DNA of 34,323 nucleotides, taken from positions 1-34,323 of the forward strand of contig CAXRJY010000218.1 of assembly GCA_964230915.1 (NCBI GenBank), read 5' to 3'. Under the pieces are notes generated by a model. The model saw only the letters and a list, made by a program, of their open reading frames with translations, searched no databases and had not been told where the DNA came from. The translations under genes and the position numbers were made by a program. Numbering within the stretch: position 1 is the stretch's first letter; each line of letters begins with the position of its first letter. Origin of the DNA: Candidatus Poseidoniaceae archaeon. Its GTDB lineage: Archaea; Thermoplasmatota; Poseidoniia; Poseidoniales; Poseidoniaceae. Below, piece after piece: positions 32,654-34,323 of the stretch.

Positions 32654-34323
32654 ATGGATGCTCTAACGATACTTTTTGCCTTGACAATAATCGGTGGCGG
32701 TGGAGCCCTTGGTTGGAGAATGTGGGCATTGGAACAACGCATGAACCTGACTCAGCAAAATACTGAGGAAAAATTAGACGAACAACGGCAAACCTCACGT
32801 TCAAGCCTTGTTGCCCTCCACCATACGCTTGCTTCATTGGAAGCAGGAACTCAAGCACTGTTATCGACACAACCACAACTTGAAGGGAGAATAGCGCTGC
32901 ATTCAGCAATCGCCAAATCAGAATCAATACTCGATAGAAGCATCACCAACTCTGCAGAATTGAAAGAAGGAGGGAAGTCACTGATTTCTGCAGTCAGAGA
33001 CCTCATAGGAACTATCGGAGGAGATGGTAAATTAGAACAGATTCCTGAAGGCGATGTAGGCCTCAGTACATTGTCGCGACGTTTGTTCATCGTTCTGGAA
33101 AAATGCGGCCTTGGACCCGTGGATCTAGCATTGAATGGTCTTGAGTGCAAGCGTCTTGGAGCATTGGCGTATTCGGTTGGAGAATTGAATTGGGCCATCA
33201 AATCTTATGAGTGTGCAAATCTGAAATCCCCAGGAGATACATATTGTCTTGAGATACTAGAGCAACTGTCACTACAGACAGGCGATACTGGGGCCCGAAG
33301 ACATTGGCTCGAAGAGCGATTACTGATTTCACCCGATGATCCAGAACTTCTTCGCGCACACGCACATCTGATGGTGAAGTTGGATGATGATGCAGCAGAA
33401 CGGGACATAAGAAGACTCGAAGCACTCGGAATCGACACCCCAGCAGACAGAAGTTTGCTTTCTGGATTGCGAAGCAGAGCAGGCGCAAAGGACGAGGCGC
33501 TTCAATCGCTTGACGATGCTCTTGAGGAGGATCCGACACGTTCTGGTGATTGGAGTAGCAAGGCACGAATACACTTGGAACTCGGAGAACATGACGAAGC
33601 ACTGATTGCATCAGAGGCTTGCCTTAGTTTAGATCGACAGAATGGAGATGCTTGGGCAATCAAGGCACAGGTGTTGAAAGATAGGCCGAGTGAAGCAAAG
33701 GCCGCCCTGAAGGCCGCAGTTCATGCCGTTGCTCTTGCTGCTGGTGGAACTGAATTGATATTGTTGAAATCTGACCTTCTTGCAGCAACTGGAAAATCGG
33801 AGGAAGGGCGTGATAGCCTAATCTCTGCTTTGGAAAAGAATCCAATCGATTCTACATTGAGGGCAGCCATGGCTGCCATGAGTTTGCAGAAAGGAGACCT
33901 TGAAGAGGCAGGAGAATTACTCAGAGGCACTCCATTGGAAGCGATGGATGAACCCCTCATCCACATTCAATGGGGAAGATTACATCTCGCTTCAGCAGAT
34001 CTTCAGAGAGATGGCACTGGAGATACGGATATGCGGTTATTGCTTGTTGCCAAGGAATCTTTCGACGAAGCCGTGCGCCTCAACAGAGAACATGGAATTG
34101 CATGGTTGGGTCTTGCAAGGATACAGAGATTGTTGAAAGACAAAGAAGCCGCCACACTTTCACTGTCTCGCGCCAGCCGATTACTGGAGGAAGACCAACC
34201 AGCATACTCAACCGAGGCGGCGCTACTGGCATTGGATAATGACGATATTGCAGAAGCGGAACGCTTGATAGAAAATGCATCCATACACGACAACAGGTCG
34301 GCAACAATACCCTATATCAAGGG
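32654..34323 (+). CDS. Membrane-anchored coiled-coil + TPR-repeat protein (3' end beyond the window; not in the supplied ORF track)
   Basis: Hand translation of frame 2 from ATG 32654 gives MDALTILFALTIIGGGGALGWRMWALEQRMNLTQQNTEEKLDEQRQ..., i.e. a TM helix then coiled coil. TPR-like units follow, such as 'GDWSSKARIHLELGEHDEALIASEACLSLDRQNGDAWAIKAQVL' and 'GIAWLGLARIQRLLKDKEAATLSLSRASRLLEEDQPAY'. I found no stop to base 34323. An upstream in-frame TAA at 32588 bounds the ORF. Confidence 0.7.
   Translation, partial: MDALTILFALTIIGGGGALGWRMWALEQRMNLTQQNTEEKLDEQRQTSRSSLVALHHTLASLEAGTQALLSTQPQLEGRIALHSAIAKSESILDRSITNSAELKEGGKSLISAVRDLIGTIGGDGKLEQIPEGDVGLSTLSRRLFIVLEKCGLGPVDLALNGLECKRLGALAYSVGELNWAIKSYECANLKSPGDTYCLEILEQLSLQTGDTGARRHWLEERLLISPDDPELLRAHAHLMVKLDDDAAERDIRRLEALGIDTPADRSLLSGLRSRAGAKDEALQSLDDALEEDPTRSGDWSSKARIHLELGEHDEALIASEACLSLDRQNGDAWAIKAQVLKDRPSEAKAALKAAVHAVALAAGGTELILLKSDLLAATGKSEEGRDSLISALEKNPIDSTLRAAMAAMSLQKGDLEEAGELLRGTPLEAMDEPLIHIQWGRLHLASADLQRDGTGDTDMRLLLVAKESFDEAVRLNREHGIAWLGLARIQRLLKDKEAATLSLSRASRLLEEDQPAYSTEAALLALDNDDIAEAERLIENASIHDNRSATIPYIK

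Noticed and set aside
32626-32742. N-terminal 39-aa extension (MRCSNAHILQPRAPPPP...) of the 982-aa ORF.
   Set aside because: It overlaps the TM-helix-encoding start of the divergent TPR gene and has an implausible composition. The internal Mets at 32625 or 32502 are preferred.
1-34323. Looked for CRISPR-like regularly spaced direct repeats, rRNA, additional tRNAs and IS-element termini.
   Set aside because: None was recognised. The only periodic DNA lies in-frame inside two genes (the 171-nt and 27-nt units). All other non-coding gaps are at most 142 nt and lack tRNA-like T-arm/acceptor signatures. This was a by-eye scan, so small elements could have been missed.

Overview
This is a very compact chromosomal segment; under my gene calls only about 1.2 kb of 34.3 kb is intergenic. 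It reads as archaeal, most likely a marine planktonic euryarchaeon of the MGII/MGIII (Poseidoniales-like) kind. That placement is an inference from gene content. An archaeal DnaG/Toprim primase, a group II chaperonin, a COG1855-type KH-domain ATPase and a tRNA-Leu without encoded CCA sit beside bacterial-type purH/purN, SCO1, DDAH and many secreted, lipobox or Ca-binding-repeat proteins. I call 30 protein genes, 1 tRNA, two in-gene tandem repeat arrays and two clear Shine-Dalgarno sites. Two of the genes are cut by the window edges. The 3' one, a TM+TPR protein from 32654 to the window end, is absent from the supplied ORF track because it never reaches a stop. I saw no rRNA, CRISPR array, transposase, integrase, reverse transcriptase, or recognisable toxin or defence gene, so I cannot point to a clear-cut novel system. 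The candidates most worth follow-up are: (1) an orphan HerA/FtsK-class ATPase fused to a six-helix membrane domain and abutting the tRNA; (2) a block at 28.5-34.3 kb with an FH1-like polyproline membrane protein, a 940-aa-plus coiled-coil protein built from W-x3-G modules, and a divergent membrane-anchored TPR protein; (3) a group II chaperonin paralog with eroded nucleotide-binding motifs in one gene string with a PIN-less KH ATPase bracketed by two small membrane proteins; (4) an integrin-like seven-blade FG-GAP surface protein with 171-nt tandem repeats and a WW-like cytoplasmic tail; (5) a structured 239-nt leader upstream of dnaG, the longest non-coding stretch in the window. All family names come from motif recognition by eye and memory. 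No searches or computations were run.
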